Origin: Octopus sinensis
Lineage: Eukaryota
Direction of reading: 5' to 3'
DNA: 64,000 nucleotides
Assembly: GCF_006345805.1 (NCBI RefSeq)
Contig: NC_042997.1
Coordinates: 85,684,001-85,748,000 of the forward strand
Every line of letters starts with the position of its first letter. Position 1 is the stretch's first letter. Both the position numbers and the translations under genes were made by a program. Of the stretch, positions 39,660 to 51,657 are shown one piece after another. The notes beneath the pieces were generated by a model. That model worked only from the letters and a program-made list of their open reading frames with translations. It was not told the DNA's origin and searched no databases.

Positions 39660-39880
39660 GACAGTGAGCTGGCAAAATTGTTGGCAGGCTAGACGAAATA
39701 CTTGGTGACATTTTGTCTGTCTACATTCTGAGTTCAAATTCAGCCGAGGTCGACTTTGCCTTTCATCCTTTCGGAGATTGATAAATTAAGTACCAATGAA
39801 ACACTGGGGTTGATGTAACCAACTAGTCCCCTTCCTGCGAAATTTCAGACTTTGTGCCTTTAGTAGAAAGGATTATTATA
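39660..39880 (+). mobile_element. SINE, CTGAGTTCAAATTC family
   Basis: CTGAGTTCAAATTCAGCCGAGGTCGACTTTGCCTTTCATCCTTTCGG. Confidence 0.85.
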
Positions 39881-40789
39881 ATTCTGACAATCTACCAAAT
39901 TGAATTAGTACTTTTTTTTATAAACTCTGAAAAGATGAAAAGCAAAGTTGATCACAGAGACAGAACAAACAGAACAAGGCTTTCTATCCATTGTACTAAT
40001 GACTTCATTAATAATCCATTCTTGCATATAATGCATATCTTGTAGATTTCCTTTCTAATAATGTAGACCCTTTGATGGGTCAGGTTGAATGTACAAATAT
40101 GCCCCTGTATGCTGCTTTCCTGTAAGATTTAGCAGAGATGAAGCCAGTATAAACAAGGAACCAGTGTCATAGAAGTACTTCACTTCAAATTTTATATGTT
40201 CATCAATATTATTGAAATTATTGTTTCAAAGGCCTCCTTATGAGAGAATGTTAATATAACTTCTTTAGCTTCATAGCTCCAGACCTTCTTCCAGTTTGAG
40301 GGGTCCATTTCCAAACAAATCTCTGAACTGCCAATCGAGTGGGGGGGGGGGTGTCAAGCTTGTCAGGCTTAGTGACCATCATATGTATGGACCAGTTAGA
40401 ATGCATGGCACTCAATGTCTGTCCCTCCTGTATCTCTTTCACCAAGAGTGTAGATGATAATCTTATACTGGTTTCAAATTTTGGCACAAGGCCAGAAAGT
40501 TTGGAGGAGGTGATAAGTTGATTACGTCAACCCCAGTGTTCAACCCCAAAAGGATGAAAGGCAAAGTCAAATAAAATTTGAACTCAGAACGTAAAGACAT
40601 GAAATGCCGGTAAGCATGTTGCCAAGCAGGCTAACGATTCTGCCAGCTCACTGCCCTCTGAGGGCAGCCTTATATTAACTAGCCATTTTTTCTGCTTTTG
40701 TTTTTTTAATCTCCCTATAAAGAAGGAACAGGTTTCTATCATAGAAATGAAGGACCATTGCTGGAATTTAGATACCAACAATATTACTT

Positions 40790-41120
40790 TTAAATGTTCA
40801 CTTTTACCGAAGTTTTGCATATTTTTGCCATTCCACATACAGATTGTATTTACTAGTGCATACTGATTGGCTACTTTGCTGAAAAACTCCAAGTTCTTGT
40901 GATTACAACTTAGACGTTAGTCACGTAACCAGATGCACCAACAATTGTAAGTGCAAATTTAAGTTTATAATCTGCAAAGACAAGATGTAACTTTTGATAC
41001 AGCTGTCTATAAATATTCTCTTTCTCACTGATTTTGACAGAAATGTTCACATCTGCAGGGCAGCTGACCTCTATAACTGTACGCAATTTTTCTTTTATGT
41101 CTCAAACAAGTATAGCAGGC
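40790..41120 (-). pseudogene. Second R4/Dong-type restriction-like endonuclease remnant
   Basis: Minus frame PAILV*DIKEKLRTVIEVSCPADVNISVKISEKENIYRQL...IVGASGYV, then QSVCGMAKICKT; shares AATGTTCA.ATCTGCA.GGCAGCTGACCTCTA with the 34.5-kb copy. Confidence 0.75.
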
Positions 41121-41632
41121 ATGTTTTGTTGTTTGGCTGGTTGGCTGGTTGGTTGGCTGGTTTTATACATATATGCATATATGTATTCATGTATGTATAC
41201 GTGTGTATATATGTTTGTATGTATGCATGTTTGTGTGTGTGCTTGTATGTATGTATGCATGCATGTATGTGTGTGTGTATGTATTTAAATGTCTGTATGT
41301 TATATGTATTTGTTTAATGTACTTGATCACCAGTATATTCACACTCACTTTTTAATTTAAATCTAATTTTCTTTCACATTATTTCAAACAGTGCTCTAAA
41401 TCATTATTCAATCATTTTATTTTCAACTTCAATCATTAATTATTATCATTTCCTTTTAATCTGCCTCAGTCCTTAGTTCTTTTCCTTTACAACAATTGTG
41501 GACAGTCTAATATTGGTCTGTCTCCTGCTCCATTCTCTTACTTTTTAGTATTTTATTCATCTCACAAAGTTAGGTCCAGCAATATACAGGTCTAAGTCTT
41601 TTATCTTTTATTTGTTTGGTACTTTGCATATC

Positions 41633-41954
41633 GTGGAGGCACAATGGCCCAGTGGTTAGGGCAGCGGACTCGCAGTCGGAGGATCATGGTTTCCATTCCC
41701 AGACCAGGCGTTGTGTGTGTTTATTGAGCGAAAACATCTAAAGCTCTATGAGGCTCCGGCAGGGGGTGGTGGCGACGCCTGTTGTACCCTTTTGCACCAA
41801 CTTTCTCTCGCTCTTTCTTCCTGTTTCTTGAGTAATGCTCCAATGGACTGGTGTCCCATCCAGCTGGGGGGAACACATACACCATAGAAACTGGGAAACC
41901 GGGCCCATGAGCCTGGCTAGGCTTGAAAAGGGCGCATAAATAAAACAATAAAAT
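41633..41954 (+). mobile_element. Young V-domain-like SINE with 11-bp TSD
   Basis: Paralogue of 31893; TSD CTTTGCATATC at 41622-41632 and 41955-41965. Confidence 0.9.
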
Positions 41955-42090
41955 CTTTGCATATCAGTCTCTTTTGCCAAATTCCTAAGTTATATCAGTT
42001 GTCAAGTGGTGGTGAGGGAAAAGCAGAAACACAAAGACACACGTACATACAAACTGTCTAAGCCATGCCAGCATGGAAAACAGACATTAA

Positions 42091-42123
<33 letters not shown>

Positions 42124-42588
42124 GTGATGAGGATGATGAGTATATATATACACACGCACACACGCACACACACACACACATACTCACATTATATATGGAT
42201 TATATTTTATCTGTTTTCATTAAATTTTTTCAATGAAGGAGTTGATCTCTTGCTACAGAATAAGGCCTTCATGGTGAAATTTAAACAACAAAAAGTATTA
42301 GATACCTAAGTGTATGAATGTTAATGTGTCAAATGTGTGTTTGTATGCATATCTACATACATGTATGTGTATGTAAGTATTAATGTTTGTTTTTTTGTCA
42401 AGTTATATATAAAAAAATAATTTAGAATTGTATTGAAGAACAGCACAATACTTTTTAATAGAGAGCATTAGAAAACGTTGGCAATGATCTCAGAGTTTCA
42501 GTTTACTCACTTACATCAGGCTATCTGACAAAGCTGAGCAAGCCAAAACTTAGAAGTTACTATCAACCTTTACATTGTAAATATTTAA

Positions 42589-42807
42589 CCCTCTAGCATT
42601 TAAACTGGCCTTATCCAACCAAAATAACCTTCTTGTTTTATGCTCAAACTGACCTGATCCTGTCCTTCACACCTACCCAACAATGTTAGTCTAAAAATAT
42701 TCAGTTACATAACTGAAGTCTGAAGGCTTCAAGATAATGCACGATTACTTCATAACAATGTGAAAAAATAAGCATTACATTTGATAGAATAATCTGAATG
42801 GTAAAGA

Positions 42808-42808
<1 letters not shown>
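42589..42808 (-). mobile_element. piggyBac-type MITE
   Basis: TTAA|CCCTCTAGCATTTAAAC...; reverse complement of the 14520 copy. Confidence 0.75.
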
Positions 42809-42839
<31 letters not shown>

Positions 42840-42865
42840 TTTATTTAAAGCAGCAGAAAATTCAA

Positions 42866-42915
42866 CAAAATCTGTTACTCTGAGTTTCTCGTTGCCGTTC
42901 ATCAGACAGTTTTTG
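42866..42915 (-). ncRNA. Putative type-I hammerhead ribozyme (mirror copy)
   Basis: Exact reverse complement of 43051-43100. Confidence 0.65.
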
Positions 42916-43050
42916 CTTTTTTTTTTTTTTTTGTTTATCGCTCGAAGATTGACCGTTATTTCTAAAGGGCCAATCAAACAAGTCCATTTTTTTAAAAGGT
43001 GTAGCGTTTGTAAGAGTCTAGATTGAATTGATATATCGGTTCCATTCTAG

Positions 43051-43100
43051 CAAAAACTGTCTGATGAACGGCAACGAGAAACTCAGAGTAACAGATTTTG
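43051..43100 (+). ncRNA. Putative type-I hammerhead ribozyme
   Basis: Stem I CAAAAACTGT/ACAGATTTTG (one mismatch), intact CUGAUGA core, stem II CG-GCAA-CG with an A.A base, GAAA, stem III ACT/AGT, GUA site ending at 43090. Confidence 0.65.
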
Positions 43101-43196
43101 TTGAATTTTCTGCTGCTTTAAATAAAGCATATTACTCTACCACTGGTATTTGAGTACTCTTTTTTCCACCTTGTTTCACATTTATGTGTTTACTCC

Positions 43197-43287
<91 letters not shown>

Positions 43288-44404
43288 CATACATATATAT
43301 ATATATATACACACACACATATATATATATATGTATGTATCTATGTATGTATGTATATATTGGTTGGTAAACATGTAGCCATGCAGGAAGATAGTCAGAT
43401 AAGTTTGGTGGATATTTCTGTCTATCATGTGTCAGAAATGTAATGAACTTGCAGTATTCTTCCAGTGTTGAGAATTAGAATGTAGTTATTTACATAGACA
43501 TAATGTAGCAATTGTATTGTTGTTGTTTTGTGAATCACTAGTGCACACATCTATGTGTAATTCGGAAATAGTTTCACCACTCAGTTTAAGTAATTAATTA
43601 GAATGTCAATCAATGTCATGTGAAGTGAAATGTAAAATTTTCTTATTTTAGCATTTTTTTAACACTTTTAGAGACATTTTACATACTAAATAGAAATAAG
43701 TAATCTTGAATGCAGAAAATTTTTCGTTTCTTGTAATTCTGTGACATTAAAATGTTTTGTTGGTAGTTTTGTCACATAATATATTCCATCAGCCAATAAT
43801 GGTGAATGAGTATCTAAGTATCTCAGATGATCAAGCAAACAAAATACTAGTGACACCAATGTTATTGGTCTACTAGCCAAAATAACAGGTTTCCATCTTA
43901 CTTTCATCATGTCTCTAACCAAAACATTTCACATTTAAAGGTCCAGTTTATCTGGCCATCAAAAAAAAAAAACAGAAGGATCAACAGTCCTTCCTGAGCC
44001 ACAGGTTCATGTGATTGGATTCCTGGATTCTGCGGCATATCCATGTCCCCATTGGGTGAGACACCAGTCTGTTACAGGGTTATGTATATTTGCCAGCCAA
44101 GTGGACTGGAGCAATGTAAAATGAAGTGCTTTGCTCAAGAACACAAAACATTGCCTGCTCCTGGAATTGAAACAACAGATTTATGATCATGAGAGGAACA
44201 CTAAGCTATGTGCTTCCATCCACCTGACCATAGACAAGTTAAATGTGTGAGTACAACATTGCTGAAGGAAGCAAAGACACTGTTAAAGAAGGTTTTCATT
44301 AGTTTTGGGGGTTTTTTCAGTTCTGAGTTGAAAGTCTTTGTTTGGATTGTATGAGAGGTAACATAAAGCTGCTCCAGTAACCAACTGTAGATTAGAGTTC
44401 ATAA

Positions 44405-44603
44405 GGTGCAAGTATGGCTGTGTGGTTAAGAAGCTCACTATGCAACCAAGTGGCTTCAGGTTCAGTTCCATTTCGTGGCACCTTAGGCAAGTGACCTCTA
44501 CTATAACTCCAGACCAACAAATACCTTGTGAGTGAATTTGGTAACTGGAAACTGTGTGGAATCCTGTTGTGTGTGTGTGTATGTCTGTGCATGCGTGCAT
44601 GCG

Positions 44604-44640
<37 letters not shown>

Positions 44641-44825
44641 CCAGCCTCACAACTTGACAACTGGTGTTGGTTTGTTTACATTCCTATAGCTTAACAGTTT
44701 GCCAAAAAAGACTAGAAGAATTATTACCAGACTAAAATAAGTTTGATTTTTCAACTAGACCCTCCAAGGCAGTGCTCCAGCATGGGCCATAACCCAATGA
44801 CTGAAATAAATAAAAACTAAAAGGT
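44405..44825 (+). mobile_element. Full-length tRNA-derived SINE (11085 family)
   Basis: Head GTATGGCTGTGTGGTTAAGAAGC...GGTTCAGTTCC, central (TG)n, tail CTCCAGCATGGGCC...ATGACTGAAA. Confidence 0.85.
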
Positions 44826-45248
44826 AATTCATCTCAGTCAGCTTTGCAATTAAATTATAAGTAGTCTACTGCAATCCAACTCAACAAATCATCTTTACAT
44901 CCTGAGTTCAAATTCCATCAAAGTCAACTTTGCTTTTCATCTTTTTGGGATCAATGTAATCATCTAGCTCCTGCCTCCCAAATTTCAGCCCTTGTTCCTA
45001 TAGTAGAAAAAAATTATCATAATTATTATATAGGCAGCAAGCCAGCAGAATCATTAGCACGTCTTGCAAAATGTTTAACAACATTTCATCTGTCTTAATG
45101 TTATGAATTCAAATTCCGCTGAAGTCAACTTTGCCTTTCACACTTTCAGACTTGATAGAATAAGTACCAGTTGAGTGCTGGGGTCGATGTAATTGATTTA
45201 CTCTCTTCCGCCAAAATCACTGGCCTTGTGCTAACATTGAAATCATTA

Positions 45249-47409
45249 CACTGGTTTACAAAAATTTTTTTTGCTCTGAGGCAAGTATGTGAACAGGTTT
45301 TTTTTTTTACTAATTTTGATGTGGTGAATTCAATTTTCTGAACAGTTTTGCTCTGTCATCTCTAGTTGTTTTACTTTCCCATATCCCAGTTTAATTATAC
45401 TGCATATAAATTCAAAATATAATGTGCTTATTTCATCTGTTACAAAGGCATATTACAGAAAAATAAAGCAGCATAATTACAGAACACTGATGGAACTAAA
45501 TTACTTGAATAATACAACACACCCAAATCATAGTATAACAGACAGTTAGAAGTGATATTTTTTGATGAACTTGTGTACTTTGCCTCTGGGATATCATGCA
45601 AGCACAGAGGTTCCACTTGCCTTGGTAATTGCTCTCTATCTTAGTTATATCTTGGTGGAACCTTTCTCCATGCTCATCACTCGGGAGGGAAGAAGTTGAA
45701 GTGGGAATGAAGAAAGTAAATTTTGAGTAGTGACACTTAGCATCCCATATCCTCATAAGATTGTAACAACTTCTCAATACACTTTTGGTAATCCAGTACC
45801 CGTGTGTTACCAAGGAAGCCATGGCAGACTGACTTAAATGCTTCCCATGCTCTCGGTTCCTTTAAGGTAAGAAGCTCCTCAAACTCCTTATCCTTCAGCA
45901 CCTCTTGGATCTGAGATCTGACGAAGATTCCTTCCTTGAGGTTAGCAGAACTCAGAGCTGGGGACAGAGTGCACAAGTTTTGGAAGGCAGTGGCATTTTT
46001 GTCCATGGCCTTCATAAAATTCTTCATTAAACCAAGCTTGATATGAAGAGAAGGAAGAAGCAACTTGTTCATGTCCACCAGAAGATTTTCTTGAACACTA
46101 TTCACCAGGCATGTGAGTGATCCTAGATTTCCAGCTCTTCTGCTTGTAGTGCTTGGGTATAGCCCAACTGTCTCAGAGACAGAGAAAGCAACAGTACTTA
46201 GTGAAGCCCGCTTGCATACCAATAAAGAGCCCAATGACCTTGAGGTCTCCGCAGAGACTCCACTGGTACTGGTTGTACTTGACAGCTTCAAAAAGGAAGT
46301 TCCATATTTTCATATGACTACTTCAGATGGACTGATTATGCAACCAGAATGCTGGGGTATTTATTCCTATTGTGCAGGAGCACAGCCTTCAGACTTTGCT
46401 TGGAAGAGTCTATAAAAAGACACCAGTCTGAGGGATTGCATGGGAAACCAAGGAAGATGAACAAGCCAGAAACATTTGTGCAATAGTACGTGTTTTCCAT
46501 GTTGAAGAATGGAGCAAAGTCCTGCTTCTGTGACCTGAAACTGGTAATCTTTACATCTGTCTTGACCAGGGTCCACTGCATAAGCCAGTATGCCAGGAGC
46601 TCTGACTGCTGCTTAGATAGATACAAATCATGGGCAAGGTCATTCAGGTCTTCTTGTGTGATCCAGTGAGGCTCATTTCCACTTGCTCCTGAATAAACAG
46701 AGACTTTGTCTTTAGAAGAGATCAACTTCTCTTGAAGGCATTTCTTCAGCTGATGAAGGAAGAAGATCCTTATTTGCTGGGGGTGTAGGGACTTGGAGAT
46801 CATCTGAGAGGGGAACAGGTCTCATAGCTGAGGGAAGGTTGGGATATTTCATCTTTTTTCTAGAAGAAGCATTGAAACCTGTTATATTTCTGAGAAAAAA
46901 TAACAATCATCTGCATGGCTTCATGGCTTACTTCAGACCACCGGGAGAGCAACGATGAAGGCTGCTTTCATTAAACAATGCAGTAGTCCATTGTAGTAGG
47001 GTTTCCAACAGATGTCTGGGGCCCAGGATTTGTCCTGATTTCCAATTTTACAGTCAAAATAGTGAAAGTAAACAGTTCACAGGAGGGAAGTAATTGTTCA
47101 TCAGTGTGCAACTGTCATGAAATCCACAGATGTAGCAAAAATGAATTTGCTTTGTTGATGCATCCTCAGTGGTTTAAAGTGCATGAAGCCATTGTAGAGA
47201 CGTGTATCATATGTATCACAAAAACCTGGAAAACAAAATAAAAATTGATCATATGTATGGTTACATGAATTGTCACAAAATCATAATAATGTATACCTCA
47301 GAAACTAGAGGTGACGAGTGAAAACTGGTTTTGTACCTGAAATCAGCAGCCCAAAATTAAGCTAGAACAACTATTTTTATGTTTGCCTCCATTTCTCTGT
47401 AAACCTGTG
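45249..47409 (-). mobile_element. Full-length decayed Chapaev3-like (CMC) DNA transposon
   Basis: TIRs CACTGGTTTACA (45249-45260) and TGTAAACCTGTG (47398-47409); 3-bp TSD TTA on both sides; imperfect subterminal inverted repeats; transposase motifs on the minus strand. Confidence 0.85.
45560..47192 (-). pseudogene. Chapaev3-type transposase pseudogene
   Basis: Minus frames: KIGNQDKSWAP, PHWITQEDLNDL, LFIDSSKQSLKAVLLHN, CGDLKVIGL..GFTKYCCFLC, LLLPSLHIKLGLMKNFMKAM, SDEHGERFHQDI..IESNYQGKW; several stops and frameshifts. Confidence 0.88.
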
Positions 47410-47624
47410 TTATTATATAGGTTGCACTCATGATTGCTAGATCATGGGTTTGATTCCCAGACCTTGAGTAAAACATTTCATTTCACATTGCTCTAGTCCC
47501 TATTTCAATCAGGAGGGAATGTTGGCCTGCACACCTAGCCAGTGAGGTTGCATCATTTGATGGCTAAAAGAATGTGTAACAGCATCTAATTGTCAGGTTG
47601 GTCATGTGACATGTGATTATATAG

Positions 47625-48075
47625 CTGGCAAGCTGGCAGAATCATTAGCATGCCAGACAAAATACTTAGTGGCATTTCATCTGTCTTTATGTTCTAAGTT
47701 CAAATTCCGCTGAGGTTGACTTTGCCTTTCATCCTTTCACAGTCAATGAAATCAGTACCAGTTAAGTACTGTGATTGATATAATCAACTTACCCTTTCCC
47801 CAAATATTTCAGGCCTTTTGTCTAAAGTAGAAAGGATTATTATTGTAATTATTATTACTAAGGCGGCAAGCCAGCAGAATCATTACTACACCAGACAAAA
47901 TGCTAAATGGCATTTCATCTGTCTTTACATTCTGAGTTCAAATTCCACTGAGATTGACTTTACCTTTCATTTCTTCAGGGTTGATTAAATAAACATCAAT
48001 TGAGCACTGAGGTCTTTGTAATTGACTTACTCCCTCCCCCAAAATTGCTGGCCTTGTGCCAAAATGTGAAATTGT
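47625..48075 (+). mobile_element. Two tandem SINE copies of the CTGAGTTCAAATTC family
   Basis: GGCAAGC(T/C)(G/A)GCAGAATCATTA...GAGTTCAAATTCC..TGAG.TTGACTTT.CCTTTCAT occurs twice. Confidence 0.85.
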
Positions 48076-48555
48076 TGTTATAAATTGCTAGGTAATATCT
48101 AATACAGAAATATATTGTGGCATCTATACTTTTGTTGTGTATTACCTCAATCTACTACACATGTGGAAAATTTTGTCTGGTTGTGTTTGTGGAGTTGTTA
48201 GCTAACTTCTCCTACATCATTTTATTGACTTTGATGAAACTCGACTTGTGAGTAGAACTCATCATGTCTGGAAACCTCATGACATACTCAGAGTGTTGAA
48301 CAATCGATAATAGGGCCTGTGGAAGGGATCCTTATATATAGCCAATGGAAATAACCCATTCATTTTCCTAAATTATTTGGTAAAAATTAAATTGAGTATG
48401 CTTATTTCTTAGTATTTGAACTATTTGAGTTATTTTCGTAATTTATCCAGTACAATGCTTAAACAAGTAAATAGTATTTTCCTAAACAATAAATCCACTT
48501 ATTTCAGTTAGTGACTTATTCATGAATATACCAACACTAGCACCCCTGAGGGTAA

Positions 48556-48930
48556 TATTCTCTGGGAATGCACAAAAGCCCTTTTCAGAGCTATTTACTT
48601 TGAATTGTAATTATTTCATATCTGATTAGCCTGTTATTGCATAACATGCTTCACAATTTTAGTATACATACCTTATTAGTATTTCCTCCTATGTTCTATA
48701 TACTCTGGAAACACATTAAAAAACCTTTTCAGGGCTAGTTTATTTGAATTCATACTATTGGGTAACTAATTTCATGTTATTACATAATTGACTTCACAAT
48801 TTGGGTATTCATTACTTATTGGAAATTCCTAAAAACAAGATCCTGTGTAAGACAGCTTGGTATTCTCTGTAAATGCACAAAAACCATTTTAAGAGCTACA
48901 TACTTTGTATTGTTGTTATTGGATTAGTGA
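48556..48930. repeat. Degenerate tandem repeat of about 143-162 bp, three units
   Basis: TA(T/C)TCTCTG...A(A/C)A(C/T)...CTTTT(C/A)AG(A/G)GCTA units starting at 48556, 48699 and 48861. Confidence 0.7.
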
Positions 48931-49274
48931 AACAATTATGAGAACAGAACCAAGAGATAAGCCCCACTTTCCCGGGAATTACCAGGTACATCAGCTAGTA
49001 ATAAAATATTGGTTTTAAATTTTGACACAAGGCCAGTAATTCCATGGAAGAGGCTATGTCGATTATATAGGCTCCAATGCTCAAGTGGTACTTATTTTAT
49101 AGATCTCAAAAGGATTAAAGGCAAAGCTGAACCTGTCAGCATCTAAACACAGAATACAAAGATGGGTAAAATGCTGCTAAGCATTTTTCCCACCATGCGA
49201 ATGATTCTGCCAGTTCACTGCCTTTCACTGCTTTATATAATAAAAGTAATATTAACTCCGTCTCTTTCTCTCTT

Positions 49275-49324
<50 letters not shown>

Positions 49325-49329
49325 CACAC

Positions 49330-49411
<82 letters not shown>

Positions 49412-49789
49412 CTCAATTGTCAAACATTTAAACCTAATTTTCTCAAAACAACTTGTCCGACCATCCCACAGGCCTCCCCTTTGAGAAACTCTGATTTAAC
49501 CTAAATTTGAGACACCAGCAAAAGAAGAAATAAAGATAGACATTTTAATATTCCAAAGAAAAACGATTTAATATTCCAAAGAAAAACGATTTTATTCACA
49601 CAGATATGCAACCGAAGAGTTTAAAGTACCAGTAATGATAAGGCTGTTGACTGAGAGAACACAAATATGGTTTAAACAGTAAGCTTGGCAGGAAAGAAAC
49701 ATGCCTTTAAGCAGTACATAAACAACAAAAAATGGAAGTTGCAGTTATGTACAGGTTGACGGAAGAAAAGCAGGACAAAAACGGCTTTA

Positions 49790-49962
49790 TCGATCGCATT
49801 CTCACCTGGAATCGATTTTTGCAATTTTTTCAAGACTTATACACGCCCTGATACCGTCGGTATATACACATATCAAATTTGAGCGCAATCGGATGGAGAA
49901 TGCCCGAGATCCTAGAAAACACACAGACAGACAGACAGAATGGATTTTATATAATAGATATA
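49790..49962 (+). mobile_element. Helitron-like non-autonomous 3' portion with (ACAG)n
   Basis: CAAATTTGAGCGCAATCGG...ACACACAGACAGACAGACAGAATGGATTTTATATAATAGAT resembles microsatellite-initiating Helitron ends (pattern recognition only). Confidence 0.5.
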
Positions 49963-50152
49963 CATATATATATAATATATATATATATATAGGGCACAGA
50001 AAGTGTGTCAATACCCAGCTGGAGGAGATGTCCTCCTGGGGCTACAAGCAACAGTAGCATCCAGCCTTAAGGTTTAGCCACATTTAAGTGGCAAACATAC
50101 TTCACGATGTCATGCAGCTACTGTTTATACTGCGCTCAGAGATTTATTATTG

Positions 50153-50196
<44 letters not shown>

Positions 50197-50256
50197 CGTA
50201 TATATACATATATATATATATATATATACATATATACACATATATACATATATATA

Positions 50257-51657
50257 CATCATCATCATCATCATCATTTAGCGTCCGCTTTCCATGCTAG
50301 CATGGGTTGGACGGTTCAACTGGGGTCTGTGAAGCCAGAAGGCTGCACCAGGCCCAGTCTGATCTGGCAGTGTTTCTATGGCTGGATGCCCTTCCTAACG
50401 CCAACCACTCCTACGTGACACCTGCACAGGTGCCAGACAGAGCTGGCAAACGGCCACGGACGGATGGTGCTTTTTATGTGCCACCAGCACAGGGGCCAGG
50501 CGAGGCTGGCAATGGCCACGAACGGATGGTGGTGCCAGACGAGTCTGGCAAATGGCCACGAACGGATGGTGCTTTTTATGTACCACCGGCACGAGGCCAG
50601 TCAGGGCGGTGCAGGCAACAGCCACATTCGGATGGTTCTCTTACGTGCCACCGGCACTGGTAACTCAGCTGCAATTTCCATTGATCGATTTCGATTCTGA
50701 TTCTCACTTGCCTCAACAGGTCTTCACAAGTAGAGTTTTGTGTCCCAAGAAGGGAAGGTATGCATAAGTGGGCTGGCTACATCCCATGTAGAAGGCCACG
50801 GGTTATGGTCTCACTTGTCCTGCCGGGTCTTCTCACGCACAGCATACTTCCAGAGGTCTCGGTCTCTAGTCATTTCCTCAGTGAGACCTAAAGTTCGAAG
50901 GTCGTGCTTCACCACCTCGTCCCAGGTTTTCCTGGGTCTGCCTCTTCCACAGGTTCCCTCAACCGCTAGGGTGTGGCACTTTTTCACACAACTATCTTCA
51001 TCCATTCTCGCCACATGCCCATACCAGCACAAACGTCTCTCTTGCACACCACATCTGATGCTTCTTAGGTCCAGCTTTTCTCTCAAGGTACTTACACTCT
51101 GTCGAGTATGAGTACTGACATTACACATCCATCGGATCATACTGGCTTCATTTCTTGCGAGCTTACACATATCCTCAGCAGTCACGGCCCATGTTTCACT
51201 GCCATGTAGCATGGCTGTTCGTACACTCGCGTCATACAGTCTGCCTTTTACTCTGAGCGAGAGGCCTTTTGTCACCAGCAGAGGTAAGAGCTCTCTGAAC
51301 TTTGCCCAAGCTATTCTTACTCTAGCAGTTACACTTTCAGCACACCCGCCCCCGCTGCTGACTTGGTCACCTAGGTAACGGAAGCTATGAACAATTTCTA
51401 GTTTTTCTCCCTGGAAAGTGACAGAAGTTGGTCTCAGAGCATTTTCAGTGTTTATTGTTCCTGAGCATCTGCCACATACAAAAACCATCTTCCTAGTTAG
51501 CCTTCCTTTGACATTGCTGCACCTCTTATGTGTCCATAGCTTACACTTGGTGCATCTTATAGAGTTCTACCTTTTCTACAGATCGAGCAGGGCCATCTAC
51601 CTGAAGGCGTTTGTGATTTGTCTACCTTCCTACTTATTACGACTTTGGTTTTAGCTA
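50257..51657 (-). mobile_element. 5'-truncated RTE LINE copy
   Basis: ORF 50811-51488 (SWAKF-like AWAKFREL, LHGSETW, LCWYGHVARM, GRGRPRKTW); 3' UTR and (GAT)n tail; near-identical to 59910-61460. Confidence 0.95.

Larger units (their letters stand above)
42839..43127. mobile_element. Fold-back element (79-bp perfect arms, 131-bp spacer) with a type-I hammerhead motif in each arm
   Basis: Arms 42839-42917 and 43049-43127 are exact reverse complements; each carries CTGATGA-ACGGCAACGA-GAAAC-TCAGA-GTA. Confidence 0.92.
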
